From Azolla caroliniana (lineage: Eukaryota; Plantae; Polypodiophyta): DNA of 64,000 nt. Below the pieces are notes generated by a model that saw only the letters and a program-made list of their open reading frames with translations, ran no database searches and was not told the DNA's origin. The position numbers and the translations under genes were made by a program. Of this stretch, positions 50,396-62,377 are shown piece after piece (position 1 is the stretch's first letter; each line of letters opens with the position of its first letter). The stretch spans positions 7,440,001-7,504,000 of the forward strand of contig JBHGNT010000014.1 of the NCBI GenBank assembly GCA_043228905.1. The letters are read 5' to 3'.

Positions 50396-51926
50396 ATGGA
50401 AAATCAACAAGAGGCTAGCAACATGATGATGATGTTCGAGTGCATGCTACAAGAACAACGCGCGATGTCGGAGATAGCGGCCTCAGTGGAGCGGCTCGTA
50501 CAACGAAACGGGCAATTCAACGGGAAAGACGTGTCGCGGTATCTTCGGGATTACAAGGTGGAGATGCTACGGTGCGGAATATCGGAAGGACTGCAAGTGA
50601 CGTCCTTCAATCGGGTGGCGACCGACGGGCTTCAAGCAAGCATCCACGGGCTACGACAGCAAAATCCGACATGGGAGGCGTTTGAAGTAGAGCTAAAGAG
50701 GACGTTCGCCATCGAGGATTCCTCCAAGGCGACGCGAGGGGGATTCGAAGATTGGGTGGAGACGCCGGACAAGGGATTGCGACGAGCATAAGGAGGCGCT
50801 ACGGCGGGATCTCATCTACTACGAGGGAAACCGGATTCATTCGATGGACTCTCGGAAGCCACTCTGACCGAACTTCCGGAAAGGCGGCATGAAGAAGGTG
50901 CTCGAGGAGGAATTGGCGGCGAGAAGCAACTATGCGACAACCGCGGGAATATGTGTCGGGGAGTCATCGAGAGCAAAGACGTCTTTTTGGCCGGAAGTTC
51001 TAGAAAACACCGAGAAAACCGACTCCAACGAGATCCGAAGCACCGCGGAAGGCGTCCGGGAAGCTACGGGATGGGAGTGCCCTGTCGACAAGAATAGCGT
51101 ATACGCCCTGTGTCAATTACATAAGGTGTATGTGGACGAGAAACGACGACGAACGGAGGATGCGGCCGGTCCATCGAAGATACCGGAAAGCTGGAACTCC
51201 GGAGGTAAGGGAAAAGAAAAGGCGACTCCGGCATTCAAGCTCGCCTCGGACATAGAACAACAAACCGACTTGAAAAGAGTGTTCGAGGAAAGAATCTTGG
51301 ATAGCCGGGTAGATTTCTCGCTTCGAGAGCTACTCGGAATAGCAAAGAAGGAGTTCCACAATCTTCTCGTAGATCTCGTGAAGCGAAAAAGACAAAGTAC
51401 GGAGGAAAATGCTCCAAGGGTGAATGCGAACACCGTTTTAATGAACGACACCGAAGTGGAGGACGAAATTCCGAACTCCCACTATACAAGGCCAGATTGG
51501 GCACGCGCGACTACGGAAACTCCGGTCCGAATCGGCAACATCAAAGAAACTGTGCTAGCATTGATTGATCACGGATCGGAGATCAACTTGATGTCCAAGG
51601 AGTTCTACCGGAAGGGGAAGTGGTCTATTAACACCAACCATGGATGGAAGATTCGGGCGGCCACCAAAGCAACGGAAGATCTATTTGCGGCTTGTCCGGA
51701 TGTGACGGTGAAGATCGGGGATGTGACGGGGCGGCCACATTCCGTCATCCTCGGCCAACCCTTTATCACGGCATCACGGATGGAGACGAAGGTGCTCGAT
51801 AGCGGTGCGGCTTTTGCACGAATTCGGAGCCAAAACGGTGGGAAATCAGTCCAATTCCTAACGGTGCCGGCAAATCACGAAAGGAACAAGAGGGAACTCT
51901 TGTCCCAAGTGAGAATGGATTTTTAA
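50396..51926 (+). pseudogene. gag: Element G gag-protease (internally deleted; DUF4100-like region tentative)
   Basis: GQFNGKDVSRYLRDY gag start and LIDHGSEINLMS protease; the zinc-knuckle region present in C is missing. Confidence 0.8.
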
Positions 51927-51980
51927 AGCGGACTGTTGCGGAGTGGGGAAGTGATAGTCCGAGAAGCCCTGATACCCCAC
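51917..51980 (+). promoter_or_regulatory. Putative -1 ribosomal frameshift signal (G GAT TTT plus pseudoknot)
   Basis: The heptamer ends at the gag-PR stop; the -1 frame is open into RT; stems CGGACTGTT/GATAGTCCG and GTGGGG/CCCCAC. Confidence 0.7.
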
Positions 51981-54900
51981 ACAGGAAGAAAACTCTCGGA
52001 GCAAAACATGTACGAATCGGTCCGGATGGGGCATCTACGTACATGACCGTAACCGGAGGATTGAAGAAAGGATACCGACAAGAGGGGGATAAGTTGCGGT
52101 CGGCATCAATAATAAAAGAAGATGAAGAAATCGTGGGGATAGTCGAGGAAGTGTTCTATGGGAGCACGCTACAACGACTTGAAGAGCTTGCGGAAGATAA
52201 AAGCCAAGGGAACCGGGTAGTCCCGGTGGAATCGGTCGAGATGTACGAGATCATTGCGAAAATGGAGCCGGATACGCTCCGTAAAGAAGAAGCAATGGTA
52301 AGTACGAAATACAAGACCGTGGAGAAGAAGGTGAAACCGGCCGCGGGACCACTACCCGCCGATAGCGAACAAAAGAGGAAAGAAGTCTCAGGAGATCCGA
52401 CTCTTCGGAAGTCCGTGGATATCGGACATGCCTTCACGGATGAGACCCGGAAGAAACTTCGGATCGGTGGAGGTGGGTTCCTATTACAAAAAGAAGAAGA
52501 ACGGTTTCGCGAGATGTTGGAGCAACACGGCAAAGCGTTTGCATTTACATCAAGGGAGATAGGGTGCGTCGATCCGAGAATAGTGGAGCCGATGATGATC
52601 TTTACGATTGACCATGTACCGTGGAATCTGAAGCCGATCCCGGTGCCACGAGCGCATATTCCGAAAGTCATTGACTTGCTCAAGGAGAAGGTGGCGATGG
52701 GGATTCTAGAGCCATCAACTGCTCCATACTCAAATTGATGGTTTACGGTTCCGAAGAAGAATGGGTCACTCCGATTTATCCAAGACTTGCAACCGGTGAA
52801 TAAGGTCACGATCCGGAACTCGGGAGTCGGTCCGATAGTGGACGAATTTGCGGAAGCTTTTGCCGGTCGTGCGATATACTCCATCGGAGACCTATACTCG
52901 GGGTATGACCAATTCCAACTAGCCGTGGAGAGCCGAGACATCACAACCATGCGAACACCGATAGGATTAGTCCGAATGTGCACACTACCACAAGGAGCGA
53001 CAAACTCGGTTGCTCATATGATGAACGCGATGAACAAGGTGCTTCGAGACTGCATTCCGGAGATAACGATGCCGTTCCTCGATGACATTCCGATGAAAGG
53101 ATGCGCGGTCGAAGAAAAAGATGAGACTATGGATGATCGGGGATGCCGAAAGTTCATGGTCGACCATATTCATGCTTGCGAGAAAGTGTTGCGAAAGCTA
53201 GAAGATGTGCACCTAACACTTTCCGGGGAGAAATCGGCATTCGGGCAAGAAGAAATATTGGTGGTCGGACATCTATGTGGGCCCTACGGCCGAAGACCGT
53301 CACCAACAAAGATCGATGCGATTCAAGCTATGGAGGAAGTATGCGAGTCAACATCCGACGTCCGAAGGTTTCTCGGTGCATGTGCATTCTATCACATATG
53401 GATTCCGCACTATGCACATATAGCGGACCCGCTCTACCACTTGTTGCGGAAAGGTAAGAAATTCGAATGGAAACCGGAACACACCAAAGCCATGAAGAAA
53501 TTGAAGAAGACACTTCGGAGGGCGGAAGCACTTAAGAAGCTGAGCTACGACTGACCGATCATAGTAATGGTTGATACAAGTCCAACCGGTATCGGGTGGG
53601 TCATCAATCAAGCCGACTCGGATGGTTCGCGGTATCCGATCCGATTCGGAGCAAAGGTTCTCAACGAAAGGCAACGTGGATATGCACAAGTCAAAAGAGA
53701 ACTATGGGGAGTCGTGTCGGTGATAAAATCGGATCGGGATTATTTGATCGGAGCCGAAGTGGTGATCGAGACGGATTGTCTTCCGATACTCGGGATGATG
53801 CGGTGTTGTACGATACCAGATGTAGCTATGCTAAGGTGGGTTGCATATGTCAAGTCGCTTAATCCGGAGGTTCGACACATCTCGGGGAAGGAAAACGCGG
53901 TAGCGGATATGTTATCAAGGGCTCGGTTCGGAGACGACATAACCGAATCGGATAATGAAGAAGTTTCTGAAGACTACTTCGCGTCGGAGCACATATGCCG
54001 AGTGAACGTAATCCGAGAATTTCGGGAAGAAGAATATGAGGGAGAAAGTTTGATGATTGGAAAGATGTTACAAGAGGCCGAGGACTCGACAAACGATAAA
54101 GGAAGAAGAGCCGAGATCCGAAGGAAGAAGAGGCAAGTTCAAAAGTTCTTCTTGGAAAACGGATTAATATGGAGGGCGCCGAAAAGACCGGATGGTATAC
54201 CACTTCGAGTAGTTGGGACAAAAGAGCAACGAAACCGGATAATGTCCAAGTTTCACGAATCCGATTGGGCTGGACACCGAGGAACATGGGCAACATTTGT
54301 GAAGATCAAGCAAAAATATTGGTGGAAGAAAATGTACAAAGATATCGCGGAGTTTACGGAAAGCTGCGAGAAATGTCAAGTCTACTCCGGGGTTCGACAT
54401 CAAGATGAGTTACATCCGACATTCTCACCGACAATCAACTTCAAGTGGATGGTCGACATAGTGGCCATGCCGACCGGGATCGGACAAAAGAAATACTTGG
54501 TATTAGCTCGGGAAGATCTCACGAATCAAGTAGAAGGTCGAGCGCTTCAGAGGAAAACGTGTTCCGCGGTATGCCAATTTCTTTTGGAGGAAGTATTTTG
54601 CAGGTACGGGTGCATAGGACAAGTGATTGCGAACCGGGGAGAACTCGACTCGGACAAAGCTAGGGGATTCTTCGCTAAACACGGAGTTCGGTTATCGCTG
54701 ACAACGGCATACAATCCGGAGGCCAACGGGAAAATCGAACGAGGACATAGTCCGATCGTGAAAGCACTTGCGAAGGCATGTGATGGAAAGGTGAAGGACT
54801 GGCCGCAGATGCTTTCGTATGCACTATGGGCGGATCGGACGACGCATAGCTCCATAACCGGTTACATGCCGGTAGAACTCATGACCGGACAAGCACCGGT

Positions 54901-55558
54901 AATGCCGACGGAAACCGCGATCGCAACATGGACAGTGCTACCGTGGAAGGAAGAGATGAGCCGGGAAGAACTACTAGCGGTCCGGATACGACAACTAGAG
55001 GGAAGACCGACAGACATAGCGGAAGCAATACGCCGACAACAAGAAGCACGATTAAGGAACAAAAGCCGGTTCGACACAAAGCACCGACTACGACCGAGGA
55101 GGATTGAAGAAGGAGATTGGGTGATTGTCTATGACAGTAGTTTGGACCATCAACATACAACGATGCGGAAGTTCGCGAAAAGGTGGTTCGGGCCATACGA
55201 GGTTCGGAAAGTCTTCGACAACGGAACGTACCGACTGTCCGAGTTGGATGGAACAATACTACGAGTGCCTATAGCCGGGAAGCGGGTGAAGATTTTCAAG
55301 AAGCGGACCGACGACAAACCCTATGTGATCCAAGCCAAGGCCGACAACGAGGAGCAATCGGATGAAAACCTCGGTGATGCGGGAAGCGAAGAAAGTGAGT
55401 TACAACTCATAGTCGACATAAGGGGAGAATCGGAGGAAGCTTTGGGTGAAGACGGATATGGGGAATCGAGAACTTCGGCACATACCGGAGGATGTGCGGG
55501 TTCGGAGGGGGCGAATGTCGTAGTGTATTCCGCACACTACGTGAAAACCATAAAATAA
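51923..55558 (+). pseudogene. pol: Element G pol (RT-RNaseH-INT) with two in-frame TGA stops
   Basis: ORFs 52043-52738, 52787-53554 and 53567-55558 share one frame; DLYSGYDQF, MPFLDDI, VDTSPTGIGW, HHCC, KWMVDIV and WFGPY motifs. Confidence 0.92.
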
Positions 55559-56226
55559 TATATCCGAATTTAGATACATATAAATAAATAAATAAATAAT
55601 ATATCAAAAGAATTTATCCCGTGCATAGGGCAGGATTCGAACCATGCACATCCACGTAGATAAACCCCAACTTTACCATTGTAATAACTTATCTTTAGTG
55701 TTATAAATATAGATTTAATACGTATAAGACCTTTATTTACACATACCTTTATTAAAAGGTAAAAATCATGTATTCTTTAGAGTGTGAATATTTTATTTAC
55801 ACGTGACATTAAAAGTGACTCATGCACATCTAGCGTGCACGAGCCCTATATTTAGGAAATGATAAAACATCACATGCACATTTAGTGTGCATGGGGCACT
55901 TTAGGTGAAAAAGCATGAAGCCATGCTTAGCCTCTTCCATCTTTATATAAGGAGGAGAAAAATATGTATATGGTTGTTGATTAATATAGAAGAATTGATC
56001 AATCTAATATATTCGTGGGATTCACGAATTTTGCCATCTAAATTACTCTTATAATCTAAATATTGTTTTAAAATACACTAAACTCGTGGGATTCACGAGA
56101 TTACTATCTTACTTCTCTTCCTATTATTCATAACTAGCCTTAAGTTGTATTCCTCTTCCTCCTAGTCCAAAACCTCGGCGGTTCCCACCCGACTCACGCA
56201 ACGATCCGGAGCCGAAGGGCACGACA
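55516..56226 (+). repeat. 3' LTR of element G
   Basis: Copy of 49647-50357. Confidence 0.95.
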
Positions 56227-58315
56227 ACGTTCCGGTGTGGAAAAGAGAAAGCATGAGTATCGACTCAACCACGATCCAATACCGACAAGGAATCAATGCC
56301 GCTATATGCGGAATGTGTCAACATGCTGGAAGGATTGGCGGACAAAGAGGTAGATCAATACTTATAGGAAAATCCGAAGATCGTACCTTTGTTGGAGATT
56401 GATGTAGCCGAAGCAGTATCACCGTACATACTACAACCGGACAGGACCGACGAGGAACCGGATAAAGAAGCAATCCGGGAATTACGGCAAGCACAGGAGG
56501 CACTGGAAAAAGAAATGGTAGTATCGCAGCGCATGAAAGCATCCCAACTAGAAGAGGTAAACCTAGGTACCACAGAGGACACAAGACCTGTGCACATCGC
56601 TAAGGAAATGATCCCGGAGAACAAAACGACAATGATCACACTCCTAAAAGAATTTCGCTATGTGTTCACCTGGTCCTACGAGGACATGCGGGGACTCCAT
56701 CCTCAGTTGTATCAACACCAGATACATCTGAGTAAAGACGCCAAACCGGTAGCGCAACGGTGTTACCAGATGAACCCGAATTATGCAGCAAAAGTCAAAG
56801 AAGAAATCGACAAGTTGCTAAGAGTGGGCTTCATCCGACCGGTAAAGAAAGCCACATGGCTCAGCTCGATAGTCGTAGTACCCAAAAAGAACGGTAAGAT
56901 AAGAGTGTGCGTCAACTACCGTAAATTGAATGCGGCTACGGTAACAGACGCCTTCCCACTTCCATTTACTGATGGAGTCTTGGATGCGGTCGCCGGTCAT
57001 GAGGTGTACAGTTTTCTAGACGGTTTCAGTAGCTATAATCAGATCTGGATGCACCCCGCCGACTAGGAGAAAACCGCTTTTGTCACCGAATGGGGAGTCT
57101 TTGTTGCCGTAGTGATGATGTTCGAACTGAAAATGGCGCCGACAACCTTCCAACGGATCATCATGGAGATTTTCGGAGAATTCATTCCGGCATTCATGCA
57201 TGTGTTCTTGGACGACTTCGCTGTTTATAGCCAGGAAGGGACCTTCAGCACCTCCGACTATGTCGGGAGAAATGTAGGGTTTACTGACTAAGCCTAAACC
57301 CGGCAAAATGCGTGTTCGGAGTAACCAGCGGAGCGTTACAGGGCCACATAGTGAGCAATGACGGTATCGCAGTGGATCCGGACAAAGTAAACGCAATCCT
57401 GGAGGCACCGACACCATCCACGACAAAGGCACTAAGCCGGTTATGAGGACAAATTCGGTGGCATAGCCGAATGCTCTGGTATCTGGCAGACCTGGCTACA
57501 CCATTGCATGCCACGGTACATCAGACACTGTTTCGATGGACGGACACAGAAGACCAGGCTTACCGGGCACTAAAAGCGTGAGTGGTGAAACCTCCGGATT
57601 GGTCTAAAGAGTTCCATCTGTTCGTTGACGCGCCCGACATCGCAATCGGGAGCGCGCTGATGCAACTTACAGAACCGAAATGGTACCGACCAGTGTATTA
57701 TGCCAGCCGGAAGCTGTTCCAAGTGGAACGTAATTATTCCACAACGGAAAGGGAGGCCTTGGGTATGATCTACAGTGTCACCAAGTTTAGACACTATCTT
57801 TTGTGAAGGAAATTTTCCTTTCACATAGATCATTCGACGCTCCTCTACTTGGTGTCCAAACCATCGCTCACCGGCAAGCTGGCCCGGTGGACATTACTAT
57901 TACAAGAATTCGAGTTCGAGATATTCCACCGACCCGGCATACAACATGCGGTAGTAGACTATTTAAGCCGGTTAGACTTCGGCGAAACCGGTGACGGCGT
58001 CCCTGATGACTTTCCGGATGCAGACCTGTTTAGAGTCACCACAGAAACGGCAACGGATAGTATGGTCGTAGAGGAAGACAAGTGGCTCACCAACATGCAC
58101 CAATTTCTGAGCACTGGCTTACCTTCGGAGGAGATGAATAGAGACGAAAGGAAACGCTTAGCAGTTCAAAACCGACACTTCTGTCTATTACAGGACACAC
58201 TGTACCACAAAGGCATAGATGGCATATGGCAGCGTGCAGTGCGCAATGACGAAAAGGAAATAATATTGCGCCAAGCACACTGCGGCGTGGCTGGAGGACA
58301 TTATGCCAGTGACGC

Positions 58316-59110
58316 TGTCGCGTTGTTATGCGCGTGCATGGTGAAAGGCGGGACCACGGGGGTCCTGGACTAGAGAGTGACGGAGCGTAGGAAGTCGTAC
58401 TTCACCGTTTCTGGGGCATCCCAAAAGCACACCGGAGGCAACCGAAGAGAGAGAGAGAAAGAGAGGGAGTGCGCGCTTAACACCGAGTCACGCACACACA
58501 CGCATGCACACACACACGCACACACACACACAGGCTGACCCGACTCACGCCCTTATGTACAGGAAACGCAGGAAAGGGGAAGCACCCGACACCAACAGAG
58601 ACGCGAATATACACAGATAGACGCAAATGTATATATATAAGAGGAAGAATACATTCCTGGCTTCGAGCCAGACCAAGGTAGGTTACAGTAGTCGTCAGCT
58701 GCCAAGCCGCCGATCGGGGAGCTCACGAGCTTGTCGCGCCGAGCGAGGTCTTGCGAAGGAGACGAGCTGAAGCAAACCCTAAGCGAACACGAAGGGGGAG
58801 AAGAAGAAGAAGAAGAAGAAACGTAGGTAACCCTAAATCTAACGGTATACCCTCTAACGCAAAATGGTCAACCCCTTTCGCAAAGGGCGCTCCCTTCCTT
58901 TTATAGAACAAGGAGAGGGATGCGTTACAATGTGGGATAAATCCCGACTTACATGGGATCGTCTGTCCCGACTTGACTACTCTTCGGCGCCATAAAGGCG
59001 CCCTCGTTATTCACACTAAATGTACATGGGTGAGCACACACACATGCTGCACCCCGCCGATGTAGCGAATGTTTCCCGGTTTCCATGTCTGGCCGAAATT
59101 CTCCACGACA
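58316..59110 (-). repeat. 3' LTR of element H
   Basis: 795 bp, TGTCG...CGACA, matches 63352-64000. Confidence 0.92.
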
Positions 59111-60694
59111 TCCGCCCCCACCTAACCGCACGTCCACCGGTACGTGCCAAAATCCAGTGAAGGGTGAGAGATTTCGATCGGTGAGAAACTGGTCTTCCGT
59201 AATCTGCATCCCGGCTCGCTGCCGGTTTGATCCGTCGGCTTCGGTTCTTCCTTCGCGCTCACCTCCCCGTAGGCTCGTTCGACCCGTCGATGGGTCCTCT
59301 GCCGCGATCTCCGTAGTACGCGTACTTCCGCTGGCCCTTGTTCGGCCGTATGAACGCCCCGCTCCCCGCCGTATGCCCGATGTCCTCCGCTTGGGGAACG
59401 CCCGTAGCGGCCCGCTTGGCCTCCGTTGATCATTCGCGTCGTCTTGATTGCCGTCCCATGTTGTTTCGCGTTGCCCTCTTCCTCTCGCCGCCACCTTCCT
59501 TCTCCATGGTCTTACATTGCCGCGTTGGCTCGAATCACCATGGTCTCCGGAACGGTGTGGAGGATCCCTTTCTGGCCTTCTTTGCGCTACCTCCGAACCG
59601 CGCAAACTGTCTCCGCGCTCGCCTTCCCGCTCCGGCACCTCCGTGTGCCACATACCCTCGTCCGTTGTTTGGCACTGCCTGTGCCGTACTCCGGTTCATT
59701 GCACGCCTTGTCGGCCCCCCTTTTCCGGCCAGATCGTGCATCGCCGCTCACCCGCATACTAGTGTCCTTCGCATCCGAGGAACACCCCGTAGTAGCCCGC
59801 TTGGCCCTTCCCGTCTTCGTGCTGCTGCAACAGGTCCCGAGTCTTCCGCTTGCCATTGTCCCCTCGCCCCCACCAGCTTGTCACCCCGGGCTTGCCGTGT
59901 CAGTCTTCGCTACTTCGACGGAGCTCCCGAGATCTACGAAGCGAGTGTGGAGGATCCTCCTCCGGCCTCTCTTGTCATCCCCTGACTCCGACCCTGTGCA
60001 GTCCACTACGCACTCGTCACCTCGTTCCCGACACCTCCCTTGTGCCGTCTTCCGCCCGCGTCGAACACCGTCCCGCAGTCACGCTTTGATCCGGCCCGCG
60101 ATGGCCACTTGCGAGACTCTTGTTCCGTCCCAGGTGTGCCTTTCCGGCCTGACACACCTCCCCGTGTTTGCCCCTATCGGCTCCTTCCGAAACCGTAACC
60201 GGCCGGTGAGGGTTTCGCACTTCGTCCGCCCGTCTTACCGGCTCCCTATCCGCTACCTCGTGTCGTCGGGTCCCATTCCCTGCCGCCACCGTCCTTCTCC
60301 CTAGGTCTCACGTTGCCACGTTGGCCGAACTGCCGGAGTCTCCGAATTGGTGTGAGGGTCCCATAGGACCGGTTTCCGTTTCTATGCTTGCTGAAATTTG
60401 GGTGTCTTTTGTTTGAGTCCCTCCCGAACTCTCCTCGTGTCTTCCGCGTAGTCGGGTCCCGTTTCCCGCCGCTACCAACCTTCTCTCTCGGTCTCATGTT
60501 GCCACGTTGGCCGAACTGTTGGAGTCTCTGGTTAAGTGTGGGGATCCCATAGGACCGGACTTCCTTACGCCCACTGACCTTGCCGAAAGGTCCGATTTGG
60601 TTTGTGGCCGCCTCGCCGGCCTGATACCTCCTTGCCGTTCGTCGCCTCCTGTCATCCGATCATGTTCTCCTGCCGCCACCGATCTCCCCTATGG

Positions 60695-61015
60695 GACTCA
60701 CGCCGGCTCTCGGGCCGACCGCCGGATCAGTGTGAGTATCTTTGTGGGACCTCCCCTTCTGGCTTCGGTTGCCTGCCCCGCCGCTTCTGTTGGTCACATT
60801 CACTTGCCGCCACCGTCCTTTCCTATAGGACTCACGTCGGCTCTCGGGCCGACCGCCGGATCGGTGTGAGGATCTTCATGGGACCTCCCCTTCTGGCTTC
60901 GGTTGCCTGCCCCGCCGCTTCTATTGGTCACGTTCACCTGCCGCCACCGTCCTTTCCTATAGGACTCACGTTGGCTCTCGGGCCGACCGCCGGATCGGTG
61001 TGAAGATCTCCGTAG
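60695..61015. repeat. ~134-bp tandem repeat (about 2.4 copies) inside element H
   Basis: CTCTCGGGCCGACCGCCGGATC at 60707, 60841 and 60975. Confidence 0.8.
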
Positions 61016-62377
61016 ACCGCCCATCTGTAGCCCTTTGCCTTCGTCCCCTTGCCGCCACCGTTTGTCGCTTTAGGCCGACCGCCGGCTCTCGGGCTGACCG
61101 CTGGTTTCTGTAGAACCGGTGTGAAGCATCCTCCTTGGGCCTCCAATTTGTCTTCCTGACCCTGTCCCGAGTTGTCCTTTTCTGCATGCCGAGAGGGCGG
61201 TTTACTCCGCACCCTCTCCCGTGGTACCGACGTACCGTCTCCTCGGCCTCTTCGTAGGCCTGCTCTCTTCCTCCTTCCTGGAATGGTCGTCCGGGAGTCC
61301 GCTCCGCCCGGTTCTCGTCTCGGTCCCTTCGTCCTTCCCCGGATTGCCGGGTCCCGATCTCCTGTTACCACCGATCTCTCCTATAGGACTAACGCTGGCA
61401 CTCGGGCCGACAACCGGATCGGTGTAAGGATCTCTGTAGGGCCGGTCTTCGTTCTCGTCTTCGTCCTTTGTACTTCACCCGAACTTGTCGTTGCTCTCCT
61501 TGCTGCGTTCCCGCCTCCATCTTCCATCTCTTTCGGTCTTACGTTGCCCCGTCGGCCGAACAACCGAAGTCTCCGGATAAGATGTGGCGTAACCGATTTC
61601 GCAACGTCTTTTTGCAACTCGTCCGGGCCACCGCCCCTTTTAGTGGTGTCGGTGGATAGCATCCGCTCTGTGATCAATCAAGACCCGCCTGAGCTTGATT
61701 CTCCAATGTCCGGAGTTTCGGCTCCGATGCCGATCTTGCCAGACTCGTTCCGAACCTTTGATCACCTTCCTTTCCAATTCCCGACCTTCGCCTGGTCGGT
61801 CTTTCTCCCCATGTAAAAGAGGGCGGCTCATCCCACACCCTCTCCTGTATCGGCACCTTTATGCCGATTCTAGCCCCGATCGAACAATCCACGACCGGAT
61901 CACGCTCCACCCGTACCGGAGCGTCGCGTGGTTCGGTCCCCGGTCAGGTCGTTCCTTGGTCTCCTTGTCACCCCGTTCGCTGGCCGTCTCCCATCCATCT
62001 TCGCTGGCATCGTGCCAGGACTCCTTGATACCGCCATCCATCTCCTCGGTCTTACATGGGCATACGGGACCGAACACCGAGTTCTCCGGAATCGGGTCCG
62101 TGGGCTTTCGTCCGATCCTTCCCCGTATCGTCTCGCTGGTTATTCTTGGCCTTTCACCGCCGCCTTCCTCCACTTGGGACTCACGTGGGCACTCGGGCCC
62201 GACTGCCATCATCTCAGGAGCAAGTGTGGGAAGACACAAAGAATCGCCCGTCCGTTTTACGCCCTTGTCCGTAGCCACCGACTCTTCGTGGTCGGCGGTC
62301 GTCTTCTTACCGATCGCGCAAGCCCCGCCTGGGCTTACTTCTCCGATTTCCGCGGTTTCGGACTGACACGCCCGAAA

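Larger units (their letters stand above)
49647..56226 (+). mobile_element. Young full-length gypsy element G (tRNA-Trp clade), TSD ACGT
   Basis: 711-bp LTRs at 49647-50357 and 55516-56226 (2 differences seen); PBS 50362-50379; ACGT at 49643-49646 and 56227-56230. Confidence 0.96.
47147..58315 (+). mobile_element. Gypsy family P-related copy P3 (gag, PR, RT, RH, start of INT), interrupted by elements G and H
   Basis: PBS-like TGGCGACCAC at 47176-47185, gag with CCHC motifs, IIDGGSDVNVI protease; resumes at 56231 with FLDGFSSYNQ, FVDAPDIAIG and AHCGVAGGHY. Confidence 0.88.

Noticed and set aside
55260-55558. Chromodomain at the end of the G integrase
   Set aside because: The tail is acidic and low-complexity with no aromatic-cage motif.
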